A DNA stretch of 64,000 nucleotides from Heterodontus francisci (lineage: Eukaryota). A program made the translations under genes and the position numbers. Location of the stretch: NCBI RefSeq assembly GCF_036365525.1, contig NC_090383.1, positions 12,265,384 through 12,329,383 of the forward strand. Direction: 5' to 3'. The notes beneath the pieces were generated by a model. That model made no database searches. It saw only the letters and a list, made by a program, of their open reading frames with translations, and had not been told where the DNA came from. This document shows positions 42,201 through 57,200 of this stretch, piece by piece; the first letter of the stretch is position 1, and each line of letters opens with the position of its first letter.

Positions 42201-45200
42201 AGGCATGCCTGTCAATGGAGGGGGGAAGGAACTTGGGGAGTACAAGAGGCCATAATTGGAGAAGTGCAGCTATCTTGGAGAGTTATAGGGCTGGAGAATG
42301 TTTGAGATAGGGAGGGGTGAGGCCATGGAGGGATTGGAACACGCAATTTTATTTTTTATTTTAAATTTGAGGGATTGCTGGACTGGAGCCAATGTAGGTC
42401 AGTGAGCATAGGGGTGATGGGTGAACAGGACTTGATGCAGGTCAGAGCTTTGAATTAGCTGAAGTTTACACAGGGTGGAGGATGGAAAGCCAGCCAGGAC
42501 AGTTTTGGAATAGTCTGGTCTGGAGATAACAAGCATACATGAGGGCTTCAGCAGCAGAGATGGCTTGAGGCGGGGTGGAGATGGATGATATTATGGATGT
42601 GGAAGTAAGCAGTCTTGGTAACAGCGAGCATATGTGGTCGGAAGCTCAGCTCAAGGTCAAATAGGACACTTGGGTTGCGAAAAGTCTGGTTCGGCCTCAG
42701 ACAGTAACCAGTTAGTGGGCTGGAATCCGTGGCTAGGGAATAGAGTTTAATGCCAGCTGGAAAGAATGGCTTTGGTCTTCCCAAAATTTCATTGCAGGAA
42801 ATTTTTGATGATCTAGTGCTGGATGTTGGACTGAGTAGGCAGTCTTTGTGACAGCGAGGATGCAGGTGAACAGGATGCTTAGATTGTGAACAATCTTGTT
42901 CAGCCTGAGACAGTGGCCAAGGAGGAGAATGGAATCTGTAGTGAGGGTAGGGAGTTTGACAGAACTGAAATCTGTGGCTTTCGTCTTTCCACTGTTCAGC
43001 TGGAGGAAATAATGGCTTGTCCAAGGAGGTAAGACCATGGAAATGAAGTTAACGATAAGGTTTGAATATTGCATAGTTTGGACAACAAAGGACCAGTGCC
43101 GGTCAGCAGAATAGGGATGATCAATGACTTAGTGTGGGGCAAACATGAGCTTGAAAAGAGGGTGTGTGCAAGTTGGGAGAGAAACTGCAGAGTGAAGGGA
43201 TTTGGATTAAGATAATTGACAGACTGGAATAGTCAAGACTGGTTGGGCAGGGTGGGTTAGGGACAAGAGAGGGAGGTGGCAGCAGAGGCAACAGTGCAGA
43301 AGGTCCCAATCTTGAGAGATGAGGATAAGATGGTGTGGTTTGTTGTGAAGAAACGGAATCTCAGATTGTCCTTGCCCTTCAGGGTGATTATGGAGTAATG
43401 TACCTATCTTTTGTTGCCTAGGGGTTGCTTGCAAGCCTCTTGTTGCACCACTTTGAGTAGTAACCCTGTACCTCCTGTGCCAGTCCATTTTTTCTGAAGG
43501 TATTCTTGGTTACTTATGTTGATAGCATTTCTATGTTTTGCACCGTATTCCCAGCCGCTCACTTGCATCCTCAGTTTATAAAGCTAAGAATACATGGAGA
43601 TAATCAAAATATGTGGAGCATGATGGTTCCTGTGCTGAAGGAATGATGAAATTGTCAATGGAGCATAACTTTAAATTGAATAACATGAGTAGTGTTAGAC
43701 TGAGAATCTACTAGACTAAATAGGTTGAGAAATTTCAGGGTGTTTTGGCTGTAGATATTCACTTCCCTCATAATAAAATTGGATACCATGGATACAGTCT
43801 GTGACAGCACAAATCAATACCGTGAGCTATGGAAGGAACTCGGCACAGCTCTTATAGAACAGACTCAAACAGCATGTAGAATATTGGATAGCGCTGATAA
43901 AAGGTTTTGTGATAAGCTAAACTTCATTTTTCAAGGGAAGGATTTGGGTTCTTTTTGTACATCTTGTACGCAGCTTCTGAATGTCATTGGAGATCTGTTG
44001 GGGAATTGTCTGCCCACTTTTGTTTGCTGCAAATGGTGTGTGGCTGAAGACTGGAGTAGGTGACAAATAACTTCATACTAGGAATGGATGAGATAAGAAA
44101 TTGGATAGTCTTCCAAAACTTGATATCAGTTTGCTCCTAATGGTCAGTAGGGTTCTTTTCAAAAATGATGCACCATCAGAACATTTTTGAAGCATACTTT
44201 AGGTTTACATTTGAAAACAGTCTGCAGGGAATTACAGTGCTTATTCAAAATCTTTTCAGATAAAATGTCTTTGCTCCACAAGAAAGACTCTAAAACCGGA
44301 GACGCTCTGGAGAGCTGCTCCACTAATATTCGTGCATATAGCCAAGTTTAACAGTTTGCCTGTTATCCAGTCATAAGATTATTTGACCTGTAATCATAAA
44401 ACTATCATATTAATACAATTTTGCTTCCCAAGAGTGGATCCACATTAAATTTTGCAATCAATATTTTAATGTGAATTCTGGATTTAATGAAGTCCTTATA
44501 TCACAAATGAGAATATGTAAGGAGATTATATACATCCTGTTAAATATCAGTACATATGGATGAACAAAAATGTCTACTTTGTGTGAAATCAAGATTTCAA
44601 ACTTAGACTGATTGCTTGCATGGTACTTCTTGAAATTTTGTTTAAAGTAGCATTTGATCAATTCAAATCTTGGATATTGTAACCAGGAGTTTCTTAGTAT
44701 TGGATTGTACATGGTATTTAAAAATCTGCTCCTTCTGTTCAGGTTTAAATAGAACGTATGCTTCCTACAGCCAAGGAAACAGATATTAGATGTTGAAACA
44801 ATCTGATTATTGCCCCACCTGACTTTATTCATAGGACATAGGAACATAGAAGCAGGAGTAAGCCATTCAGCCTGCCCTACCATTCAATATGATCATGGCT
44901 GATCTTCCACTTCAATGCCTTTTTCCCACACCATCCTCTTATGCCCTTCTGTCATTTGTATTTAAAAATCTGTCAATCTCTGCTTTAAACATACTCCATG
45001 ACTGAGCTTCCACAGCCCTCTGGGGTAGAGAAATCAAAAGATTCAAAACCCTCTGAGTAAAGAAATTTCTCCTCATCTCTGTTGTAAATGGCTTCCCCCT
45101 TATTTTGAAATTGTGTCCCCTGGTTCTAGACTCCTCTACCAGGGGATACTTCTTATCTGCATCTACCCTGTATTTTGTAGGTTTCAATGAGATCACCTCT

Positions 45201-48200
45201 TCTTCTTCAAAACTCTAGAGAATACAGGCCCAGTTTCCCCAATCTCTCTTCATAGGACAGTCCCGCCACCCCGGGAACAAGTCTGGTGATCCTTCGTTGC
45301 ACTCTCTCTATGGCAATAATATCTTTCCTAAGGTAAGGGGACCAAAACTGTACATAGTACTCTAACCAAGGTTCTATACAAGTGGAGCATGACTTCACTA
45401 CTCCTGTACTCGAATCCTTTTGCAATAAATGCTAACATACCATTAGCCGCCTTAGGTGCTTGCTGCACTTGCATGTTAGCTTTCTGTGACTTATTGACAA
45501 GGACACCCAGGTCCCTTTGTACATCTACACTTTCTAATCTCGTATCATTTAAGAAATACTCTGCACATCTGTTCCTCCTACCAAAGTGGTAACCTCACAT
45601 TTTTCCACATATTCCATCTGCCACTTTGTATCTTCCTCACAACACACATTCCCACCTAGATTTGTGTCATCCGTGAACTTGGAAATACTACATTTGGCCC
45701 CCACATCCAAATCATTGATATATATTGTGAACAGCTGGTGCCCAAGCACTGATCCCTGCGGTACCCCACTAGTCACAGCCTGCCAACACGAGAATGACCC
45801 ATTTATTCCCACTGTTCGCTTTCTGCCTGTTAACCAATCCTTAATCCATGCTAGTATATTACCTCCTATCCCATGTACTTAAATTTTGCTAAACAACTTT
45901 CTGTGGGAGACTTTATCAAAAGCCTTCTAAAATCCAAGTATACCATGTCCACCGACTCCCCTTTATCAATTCTGTTGGTAACATCCTCAAAAAACTCCCA
46001 ACAGGTTTGTCAAGCATGATTTCCCATTCATAAATCCATGTTGACTATGCCCAATCAGATCATTATTATCCAAGTGTCCATTTATCAAATCCTTCAGAAT
46101 TCTAGCATTTTCCCAATGATTTATGTTAGGCTAACAGGTCTGTAATTCCTGTTTTTTCTCTCCCTCCCTTCTTAAATAGTAGGTTGACATTTGCGACCTT
46201 CCAATCTGCAGGAACTACTCCAGAATCTACAGAATTTTGGAAGATGATCACCATTGCATCCACTATCTCCATAGTTACCTCTTTCAACACTTTGGGATGT
46301 AGAATATCAGGTCCCTGGGACTTATCAACCTTCAGCCCCATTAATTTCTCCAATACAACCTTTTTACTAATACTAATTTCCCTCAATTCCTCATTTCCCC
46401 TAATCCCTTGGATCTCTAATTCTGGGAGATTTCTTATATCTTCCTCAGTGAAGACAGGCACAAAGTAATCATTTAGCTTCTCTACCATTTCTCTATTCCC
46501 TATTATAGATTAGATTAGAGATACAGCACTGAAACAGGCCCTTCGGCCCACCGAGTCTGTGCCGAACATCAACCACCCATTTATACTAATCCTACACTAA
46601 TCCCATATTCCTACCAAACATCCCCACCTGTCCCTCTATATTTCCCTACCACCTACCTATACTAGTGACAATTTATAATGGCCAATTTACCTATCAACCT
46701 GCAATTCTTTTGGCTTGTGGGAGGAAACCGGAGCACCCGGAGAAAACCCACGCAGACACGGAGAACTTGCAAACTCCACACAGGCAGTACCCGGAATCGA
46801 ACCCAGGTCCCTGGAGCTGTGAGGCTGCGGTGCTAGCCACTGCGCCACTGTGCCGCCTTATACATTCTCCTGACTCTGCCTGTAATGGACCCACATTTGT
46901 CTTAGCCAAATGTTTCCGTTTTACGTACCTTACAGTCTGATTTTATATTTTTTGCTAGCTTACATTCATATTCTATTTATCCATTTATCAGTTTCTTCGT
47001 CCTCCTTTGCTGTATTCCTCCCAATCCTCAGGTTCACTACTATTTCTGGCAACTTTATAGGCCTTTTCTTTTAATCTTATGCAATCCTTAACTTCCTTTG
47101 TTATCCACAGTGGACTGCCTTTACTTTTGGGGTTTTTGTGCCTTGAAGGAATGTATAGTTGCTGTAAACTATGTAATATTTCTTCAAAGACTATCCATTG
47201 CCTATGTAGTGTCATACCTTTTCATGTATTTTCCCAATCCACCTCAGCCAATTTGCCCCTCGTACCTTCAGAATTTCCTTTGTTCAAATTTAACAAATTT
47301 ACCGTGGAGAAGGTCATGGAAGCTAGGGAGTTCAAGGGAGGGAACACCGATATCCTGGAGCATATCAACATTACAAAGGAGGAGGTGTTGGAGGTTTTGA
47401 AGCGCATTAAGGTGGATAAATCCCCAGGGCCTGACCAGGTGTATCCTAGGATGCTATGGGAAGCAAGGGAGGAGATTGCTGGGGCCCTGGCAGAGATTTT
47501 TGTATCATCGCTAGCCATGGGTGAGGTACCAGAAGACTGGAGGATAGCTAATGTGCCTTTATTTAAGAAGGGCAGCAGGGATAAGCCAGGGAACTACAGG
47601 CCGGTGAGCCTTACATCTATCGTGGGAAAGTTATTGGAAGGGATTCTGAGAGACAGGATTTATATGCATCTGGAAAGGCGTGGTCTGATTAGGGATAGTC
47701 AGCATGGCTTTGTGCGTGGGAAATCATGTCTCACGAATTTGATTGAGTTTTTCGAGGAGGTGACCAAGAGGATTGACGAGGGCAGGGCGATGGACGTTGT
47801 CTACATGGACTTTAGCAAGGCCTTTGACAAGGTCCCGCATGGTAGGCTGGTCCAGAAGGTTCGAACACCTGGGATCCAGGTGAGCTAGCAAATTGGATAC
47901 AAAATTGGCTTGGTGATGGGAGGTAGAGGGTGGTAGTGGAGGGTTGTTTTTCAGATTGGAGGCCAGTGACCAGTGGTGTGCCGCAGGGATCGATGCTGGG
48001 CCCTCTGCTGTTTGTCATATATATTAATGACTTGGATGTGAATGTAAGGGGCATGATTAGTAAGTTTGCAGATGACACCAAAATTGGTGGTATAGTGGAC
48101 AGTGAAGAAGGTTGTCTAAGGTTACAACAGGATATAGATCAACTGGGAAGGTGGGCAAGAGAGTGGCAAATGGAATTTAATGCAGACAAGTGTGAAGTGA

Positions 48201-51200
48201 TGCATTTTGGGAAGTTAAACCAGGGCAGGACATATAAAGTGAATGGCAGGGCCCTGGGGAGTGTTGTTGAGCAGAGAGACCTTGGGGTGCAAGTACATAG
48301 TTCCCTGAAAGTGGCAACACAGGTAGACAGGGTGGTGAAGAAGGCGTATGGCATGCTTGCATCGGCCGAGGCATTGAGTACAAGAGTTGGGATGTCATGT
48401 TACAGTTGTATATAATGTTGGTTAGGCCGCATTAGGAGTACTGTGTGCAGTTCTGGTCGCCGCACTACAGGAAAGATGTGATTAAGCTAGAGAGGGTGCA
48501 GAAAAGACTCACAAGGATGTTGCCTGATTTGGAGGGCTTGAGTTATAAAGAGAGATTGGATAGCTGGGTCTGTTTTCCCTGGAGCGAAGGAGGCTGAGAG
48601 GGGACATGATAGAGGTATTTAAAATTATGAGAGGCATAGATAGGGTAGATAGCCAGAGTCTGTTTCCCATGGTAGGGGTGACTAAAACTATTGATTTAAG
48701 GTGAGAGGAAGGAGGTTTAAAGGGGATCAAAGGGGTAAATTTTTCACACAAAGAATAGTAGGTATCTGGAATGAGCTGCCTGAGGAGGTGGTGGAGGCAG
48801 GAACAGTAGCGACATTTAAGAGGCATTTGGACAGGTACTTGAATGAGCAAGGCATAGAGGGATATGGAATTAATGCAGGCAGGTGGGATTAGTATAGATA
48901 GGCATTATGGTCAGCATGGACACGGTGGGCCGAAGGGCCTGTTTCTATGCTGTACATCTCTATGACTGTATAACACCCTGGCTTTAGATTGAACTACCTT
49001 ACTTTCAAACATAATGTAACATTCAATCATATTATGGGCACTCATCCCTAAAAGTTCTTTTACAACAAGATTATTAATTATCCCTTTCTCATTACATAAT
49101 ACTAGATCTAAAATAGCCTGTTCTCTAGTCGATTCCTCAACATACTGCTCTAGAAAACCATTCCTAACACACTCCAGAAACTCGTCCTCCACAGCATTGG
49201 TGCTCATTAGGTTTACCCAGTCTATGTGTAGATTGAGATCACCCATGATTACTGTATTACCCATGCTACACGCTTCTCTAATCTCCTGATTAATGCCATG
49301 CCCCACACTTCCACAACTATTCGGTGGCCTATAAACAACTCCTACCGATGTTTGCTGCCCTTTGCTATTTCTTAGCTCCACCCAAACAGATTCCACATTT
49401 TGTTCTTCTGATTTGCGATCCTCCCTTACTAATGTACTGATCCCATCCCTTATTACCAGTGCAACACCACCTCCTTTTCCTTTTTGCCTGTCCTTCCTAA
49501 ATGTCAAATATCCTTGAATATTCAGTTCCCAGTCTTGGTCACCCTGTAGCCGCGTTTCTGTTATGGCAATTAGATCATACCCATTTACCTCTATTTGGGC
49601 CTTTAAGTCATCTACCTTGTTGTGAATGCTGTGTGCATTCAAGTAGAGTGGCCTTAACCTTGTCGTCTTGACATTCTGCATTCTAAGCCTAGTTGATGCT
49701 TGCCTTTATTTCGCCTGCCTTCTAATGTCACTTGCTACTTTTCTACTTCCTGTTACCAGCTTTATTTCTTTCCAATTTGAGGTACCTGTCAGGTTCCCAT
49801 CCTCCTGACAAGCTAGTTTAAACCGTCCCGAAACAGCACTAGCAAATCTCCCTGCAATGGTTCCCACCATCTTTGCCCCTTTACTTTCCCCCTTTTAGAC
49901 CTGGCTTCCACACAAAGTTGCAAAGGCTGCTCATTGCCTCCCTACAACAGTGTGGCTGAGACTTGGAACTTAGAATGAGGGAAAAGCTCATACTTCTGTG
50001 ACGCTCCATTTTATGGTGCTGTGTGTTGGTGCTTCAATCAGCTGCCTTTCTGTGCTGTCTGAACGCAAAGCATCTTTTATTTGCCTCTTCAACTGCCGTA
50101 GTTGAATTATTTTATCTGTGTTCCACCACCTTAAACCTAAAATTGTATTTAACCTGTTAGAGTAAAAGCAATTACTTTGATTGCTGGTGTCTTGAGGTTA
50201 TATAATTACTTCTAGGTGATAAAATGACTCTGGACCATTCAAGACATCTGCTAAAATAAGTGTTGAGATTTTGAAGAATATGATTTTACAGGTAATTATG
50301 ATTGTGCTTATGATTTTGGATGAAATTTTATGTTCTAACTAGAAGTTAATGGATATCAAACTTTGTTTTCCAGAAAAATCATCTTTGAGAAACAGTGGTT
50401 TTACTTAGATAATGCGATTGGACAGCAATATGGCACCACTTTTGAGGTTTCCGGTGGTGGAGCACTCCAACTACTTAAAGCAAAAACTGAGAAAGTTGCC
50501 AAAGGTAATTTTAGAATTTCTTGTATTGCAATCTGTATCTGTAAACTGCATCATGGACAGCTTAATGTCAATGTTGCTGACCAGTAAGGCAACCATTTTC
50601 TGAAGTTAAACATTCCACCCAACAGTCTGATCGCGTGCATTCAAAAGTATGATAACTCCTAGTCAGAGTTGAAGAGTGCTAAGTTTGTATAATTTTTTAA
50701 GGGGTGATTTTGACATTAACTTTTACAGGTGCTGTATAGTGATTGCTGTTACAGTTTGGGCTCTTTGGGCAGTGTTTTTCCAGTGGTTATATTCAGCTAT
50801 CCACAAGTATCCTGTAACTCATGGATAAAATATAACCAAGTGATTCAGTCAGCACTTCATTGGATATAACTTGTAAAACCTTTACATGCAAACCTCCAGA
50901 ATCTGAGTAAATTATTTCTGATTTGAAATCTCAGTCTTGGTTAGTGAATTAGTCTTCCATATTGGGCGGAGTAAATTGGGCCTCAATTCTCTGGAGTTTA
51001 GAAGAAGAGGTGATCTCATTGAAATTTACAAGATACTGAAGGGACTTGACCAGGTAGACACTGAGAGGTTGTTTCCACTGGTTAGGGAATCTAAAGCACG
51101 GGGGCACAATCTTCAGATGAGGGGAAGATTATTTAGGACTGAGAGGAGGAGAAATCTCTTCACTCAAAGGGTTGTGAATCTTTGGAATTCTCTACCCAGA

Positions 51201-54200
51201 GAGTAATGGGTACTCCATCATTGAATGTATTTAAGGATAGTCAAATTTTTGGTCTCCCAGGGAATCAAGGGATATAGGGAGCAGCCGAGAAAGTGGAGTT
51301 GAAGCCGAAGATCAGATATTGTCATGGTGAATAGCGGAGCAGGCTCGACAGGCTGTATGATCTACTCCTGCTCCTATTTCTTATGTTCTTATTACATTTT
51401 ACCACTGTTCTCTACTTTCATTTGTTGAACTGAAAAGGAAGGCAAAAAGTTATCTTCCCATAATATGTATCAAAACTAATAAAGGATTAAAAGAAAATTT
51501 GCTTTCAAAATGAATTGTAGTTTATTTTTGACCTTTTATGCGGGGTGAGGGGGGAGGAATAAAGGGATGGTTTCTAAGTTTTCTGAATAATTTGGATTAC
51601 GGATTTTTTCAATTGCTAAAGATATAACTACTGAGAATTGCCTGCTGAGAAATGAAATGTTTTGTGCTTATTTGTCACTTATTGTAGGTACTGAGCACAG
51701 ATGGATGCAGGATAATGTTTCTGTCTTAATTGTGTGCCTTAACTCCGGGCAAAAAAAAATTAACGACTGTGGATACTAATTTAATTAATTATGGAAAATT
51801 GTATATTGTGGGCTCTTCCCCACTAAGAACTGTGTTGAGATTCACTTCAGTTGGAATGCTTACATTTTAAAGACACCTTCATCCTAATAGTCTTGGCTAA
51901 ATGTGACCCAAGACACTACAAAGGAAAAGGTTTTGTTTTTTTCTTCTGTTTGTTTTAAAGCAGTCCACACTTTTTTCTTCTAGAAACAAATGAAGCTGGT
52001 ATTGATAACCGAAACATAATTGATGATGGCAAGTCCCAGAAGCTCAGCAGAGATGACATTGAGGCACTTAAAGATCAAGGGTTAAAAGGGCAGGTAGGGA
52101 TGCCTTTTATACTGGAGAAGTTGGCTATTTACCGAGAGTTAAATTCTGTGCATAGAAATTATATTGTACATGTATTCCCAAATGGCATTTGCCTTTTTAA
52201 AGCTAAGTTTTTATTTTATGCAGGATATTGTTCAACATCTGATTGAGAATAGCACAACATTTAGAGACAAAACTGGATTTGCTCAAGAAAAGTACATTAA
52301 GAAGAAGAAGAAAAAGTAAGCTTTTGTTTTTTGGGTAGGGGCTGGGGTATATAATCTTGTAATGTGTTAAATGGGAAAGGTTTTACCCTGACTGGGATAA
52401 AATGTTTACTTTCTACATTGGCATATAAATTATAGTTGTTTTTAATAAATTACAGTTATTAAAATTTTAAGATCTGAATTTTTTTCTTTTTGTAAAATAC
52501 TAATTCAGTGGTTCTGAAAGGCAGTACATTGGCAAGAGAATATAGTTAACTGGTACATTGTAATGCTACAATTCAGAAGCAAATACTTCTCAACACACCT
52601 ACAATGGATGGGCCATCTAAAATGCACCTTGATGTCTTAGAGCACAAAAAATAGGAGCAGAGGTAGGCCATATGGCCCATCAAGCCTGCTCTGCCATTCA
52701 GTACGATTATGGTTGATCTTGGGCTTTAATTCCACTTTCCTGCCCACTCCCCATATCCCTCAATTCCCTGCGGAGCCAAAAATCTGTCTATCCCAGTCTT
52801 AAATTTATTCAATAATGGAGCATCCGCGCTCCTCTGGGGTAGCGAATTCCAAAGATTCACAAACCTTTGAGTGAAGTAATTTCTGCTCATCTCAGTCCTG
52901 AATGATTAACCCCTTATGCTGAGACTGTGTTCCCGTGTTCTAGATTCTCTCTGCAGTGGGAACAATCTCTGCTTCTACCCTATCAAGCCCTTTCAGAATC
53001 TTGGATGTCTCAATTAGATTGCCTCTCATTCTTCTAAACTCCAGAGAATATAGGCCCAATTCACTCAGCCTCTCATCATAGGACAACCCCTCATCCCAAG
53101 GACCAATTTAGTAAATCTTCGCTGCACTGCCTCCAGTGCAAGTATATCCTTTCTTAAATGTGGAGACCAAAACTGCACACTATTCCAGTATATTATCAAT
53201 TACATAACTATGTTTAGGGCTCAAATAAATGTTAAGTATTTCCCACCTTAGAGAAAAATAATTCCTGGCCAAATTCTGTTGACAGGTACGAAGCTTTTGT
53301 AACTATCCTGAAGCCCACTGCTCGCATAATGGCTATGATGTATCATTCCCGTGAGCCTGGTAAAATTTGGTGAGTAAAGTCAAGTTGAAATTCTTTTTAT
53401 GGTGTTTAAAAACTTTTAGAGCACATTTCAGGCCAATAGCTGCATTTTGGATTTCAGTAGGGCAGTACCATGTTTCCTTTCTAGCTGAAAAACGATGTTT
53501 TTTTGAAGAAAAGTAGTACTCAAGTTTTTTCTGCACATGTGGAATAGGTTCTTCATAGTTTCTATTGGTTCTACATGAAGCTGATCAGAAGCCATTCAAG
53601 CTAATACTATTGTTTGAGCACATGCAAGTTTTAGAAACAATTACAGTATACACGTATATCACCAGGCCACTTAAGCCATGATATAATCTGATCGGGATAA
53701 CCCCATCATAGATGTCAAGACAGCATAGGTGGTAATTGTCAAAACATTTTGGAGTTTGCTATAATTATTCAAGTAAAGCACCTCAGTATTGCAGGTTCAG
53801 GGGAAAGACTGCAAGTCGTGAGCATCTGGCTTGGATACTTATGACATATTGACCTGGATTTTGCGGTCAGCAGTGAATTGATAGCGCTCGCTGCTGACGT
53901 CGAAGAAAGCTGCCCACAAAAGATTTATCAATTTCTGTGCCATGAATTTCGCATTTCCCAACACTAATTACGTTCTGGCACCGGCTAAAGGGGATCACTG
54001 GCATCCACCAGCAGTGATGTCATCAAGCAGGATAAGCAGCCTATCACATTGAAAAATTTTCAGACAGTAAACCAGGAAATAAAATGCACTGTTTATCCTT
54101 CACTTTTTAATCATTTTACAGTGAACAAAATAAAGATTATGTAGTGGGATTAAGGTAGAAGCTCAAAAATCATAAATTTTAAAATTATTTTAAATCTGTG

Positions 54201-57200
54201 GAACATTTTATCATAGAAAAATTTGACATTCCACAAATACAAAATTAGTTTTTCAGGATCAGAGGTTGTTCAATGATTATAGCTTAGTACACGGTTATGA
54301 GCCCAGTTACACCTCATTCGACATAATGTAACTTTTTCAAGGGTTTTTAAAGTGACTAATAGTGTGACAAGTGGAAGTTCACGTCATGTCATTTTAAGTG
54401 ACTTCTCGGATTTCCATCCACGAGGGTTTCAACAGGGTACCCTATGGAGGAGCGGGAAATCACTGACAGCAACTTCTGGATTTCTGCCTTTAATTGCACA
54501 TGTGCGGACGACGGAAGTTGCTGTCAGTTTCACAGAGCGGTAACAGCGAACGCTAACTGTTTTGCCGTCATTACAGCTGCAAAATGTGGACCATTACTAA
54601 ATTATGATTTTGACGTAGCCACAGCAAGTACGAAGTCTAAACAAGATTACGTAGGTAATGCCGATAAACATTGTCACCAGTAGGGATTGGGAGTTGCTCC
54701 CTTCCTGAGAAATTTGTTGTTTTTAATCCAGTGACAGGCCTGAAAAGAAAGCCATTCTATTGAATTCATTTGACTAGTTTATTTGTTTTAATCCTTTTGT
54801 TAACTGTTTTGAGTCTGTTTCAGCATGCTTATTTCCATAAGTGTCTTTTAACCAAGAATAAAGCAATTTGATCACCTAATTTACTGAAAATCTCTGGTGC
54901 GACCAGTGTTAATATTCTTCTGAGGTGATGTGTGCTGTTGAAATACAATGTAAAGTCTAGGGGCAATAAATGGGTTTATTAGGCACCTAGTGCATGTTAT
55001 CCCAAATTACTTTGTATATAAAGTTTAGCTTTAGTTCAGAGGGGAAGAGGCATATTGGCATGTCTGGGTGAATTTTATTTTCATTGGGCACAAGGAAAGG
55101 AGTTGGAAGAATTGTAATCAGTAGGTACCCTTTGTTGTTCCAGTTAATAAGAAATTGTACTTATCCTCGTTAAATTTGATTTATCATTGTTCTACCCACT
55201 TGGAACCCTTGATTGTGTCTTTCTGTAACATTTTGCCTACTTCATGAGGCGGAGGTAGGGGAAGAGAGATTGGCTCATTACATTATTATCTTTAAATTGC
55301 ACAGTTGATGTTGCTGTAGCCCCAAAGATGCTGATTTACTGAATAGGTCAACAAAATTTCACCATTATTAACTAATCATTCTTTTCCAGCTACATACGGT
55401 ACGACACACTGGCTCAAATGTTAACTCTTGGGAACATCCATGCTGGCTGCAAAGTAATTGTAGCAGAAACATGTGCTGGTCTGGTGCTAGGCGCTATAAT
55501 GGAGAGGTTAGGAGGTAATGAAATCTAAATTTGAAGACTGTTATGAGAATTTCTAATGTGTTGTAACTACTCATTTTTAAATTGTATTGTATTGTAGTAT
55601 AGCTGACCAGTCTAATCACTAATGAAGCTTCATGGCTGTACTTATTGAACTTTAACTTGGCAAAATTCATCCTGTTACCAATACATCTCACTGAAGTTGG
55701 ATCTGAAGAACTCAACTGGGAATATAGACTTATAAATTTAATGCTTGTATCATCCAAAAATTCTAATTGCAGTGAACATCAAGCATAATGGGGACCTGTG
55801 CAAGTTATGCATAGTGTGCATGTCACAAAATGAGTTCAGAAAGTTTTGTTTAAATCATGCTAATATCTTCATCCTCTATAATGTTTATTAATCTGGTACA
55901 ACCACTTCCCTTTTTATAAAAATATACAAGTTTTGTAGCACTTATTCCATTCCTGAGTACTGTGGGTGACGAATGGATTAGGGAGGGATACGATGGTTCG
56001 CTTCAAGGAAATGGAAGTAGAGAGTAAGGGTGGAGATGCAATCTTTATTACTCTTTTTCTTTGCCCTAGCAAGAAAATAGCACTATCTTTTTTGCTTTTC
56101 ATAGTGGAACCTTTCTCTCCCTTGTCCTTAAGAATGCTGTCTATGCAGCAAATAACAGCAGCAGCAAACAAAATGGAAATTTACTTTAGTCATTGGGCAA
56201 CACGGTTGGAAGTCTAGTGTCATACAAGGTTAAGCAGAAGTATTACAGGGAAAGAAGGGTCGGAGAGAATTGGTTACACTGAAAAATATAAAATGCATGT
56301 AAAGAAAACTGCAAGCTTTCAATTTTCCAAATCAGAAGTGTTAAATAATGCTAGGTAGCTTTAATTTACAGATCCTTTTGCTGTCACTTATCCACACCCC
56401 TCGACTCCCTTCGAGCCCTGTTTGATTCTGCCCTGAAGGAAAAAACTTCCCCAAGTTACCTATAGTTGCATTTCCAAACTCTCAGCTGTCCAGTTTTGGC
56501 TCTCCGTCCTACATAATGCCTCTACAGGTGTCAATTTGCTCAGCCACTCCCTCACCTCCATGTTTGCCCTTGTCTCCATCTCAGTCATCCCTGGTATGGC
56601 CCCATCTTTTACTCGAGTCCAAGGGGCAGAGAATTGAGCATATCTGGTGCTTAACTGGCTTAACCATCCATCACCAGATCTGGCTGGACTACTTCAGGCT
56701 CTACTTACCCTCATTCTCCTCTGCCAAACCACCCACTCCTCTGGAATCATCCTGGAGCGCAAAGATGTCTCCTGGCTTCTTTTCAACACAACCAACTATC
56801 TCCTTCTACCCCACTTCCCTGCAGCTTTCCAACTGGCCTCTAAAAACAGACTATGTGGGCTTAATGGCAGAGTTCTAAAGAGTGTGCAGGGACAGAGGGA
56901 CCTGGGGCTCATGTGCATAAATCTTTGAAGGTGGCAGAACATATTGAGAGAGTGGTTAGCAAAGCATATGGGATCTTGGGCTCTATAAATAGAGACAAAA
57001 GCAGGGAATTTATGTTCAACCTTTATAAAGCTCTGGTTAGCCCACAACTAGAATATTGCGTCCATGACTGAGATGAGGAGAAATTACTTCACTCAAAGGG
57101 TCATGAATCTTTGGAATTCTCTACCCCAGAGGGTTGTGGATACTCCATTGTTAAATATATTTAAGGTTGGGGTAGACAGTTTTTTTGTCTCGGGGAATCT

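Larger units (their letters stand above)
44838..49857 (-). mobile_element. Long CR1 LINE (ORF1 end, APE endonuclease, RT, 3' UTR) split by two nested insertions
   Basis: APE motifs LYLNAHSI, IAITET, GGGVAL, GVVYRPP, MGDLN, LDLVL in 48911-49681; KSQGPDILHPKVLKE..VPADWKVANV..FKKG; SGVPQGSVLG..FTIYINDL..KFTDD. The frame rejoins across both insertions. Confidence 0.92.

Noticed and set aside
46780-46857. tRNA-like sequence with A and B boxes (also 28420-28494 and 62880-62942)
   Set aside because: SINE heads continuous with SINE bodies; no complete cloverleaf, so not tRNA genes.
47079-49681. RT and endonuclease ORFs as a possible domesticated gene or novel RT system
   Set aside because: Opposite strands, frameshifts, TSDs and CR1 tails show they are ordinary nested LINE debris.
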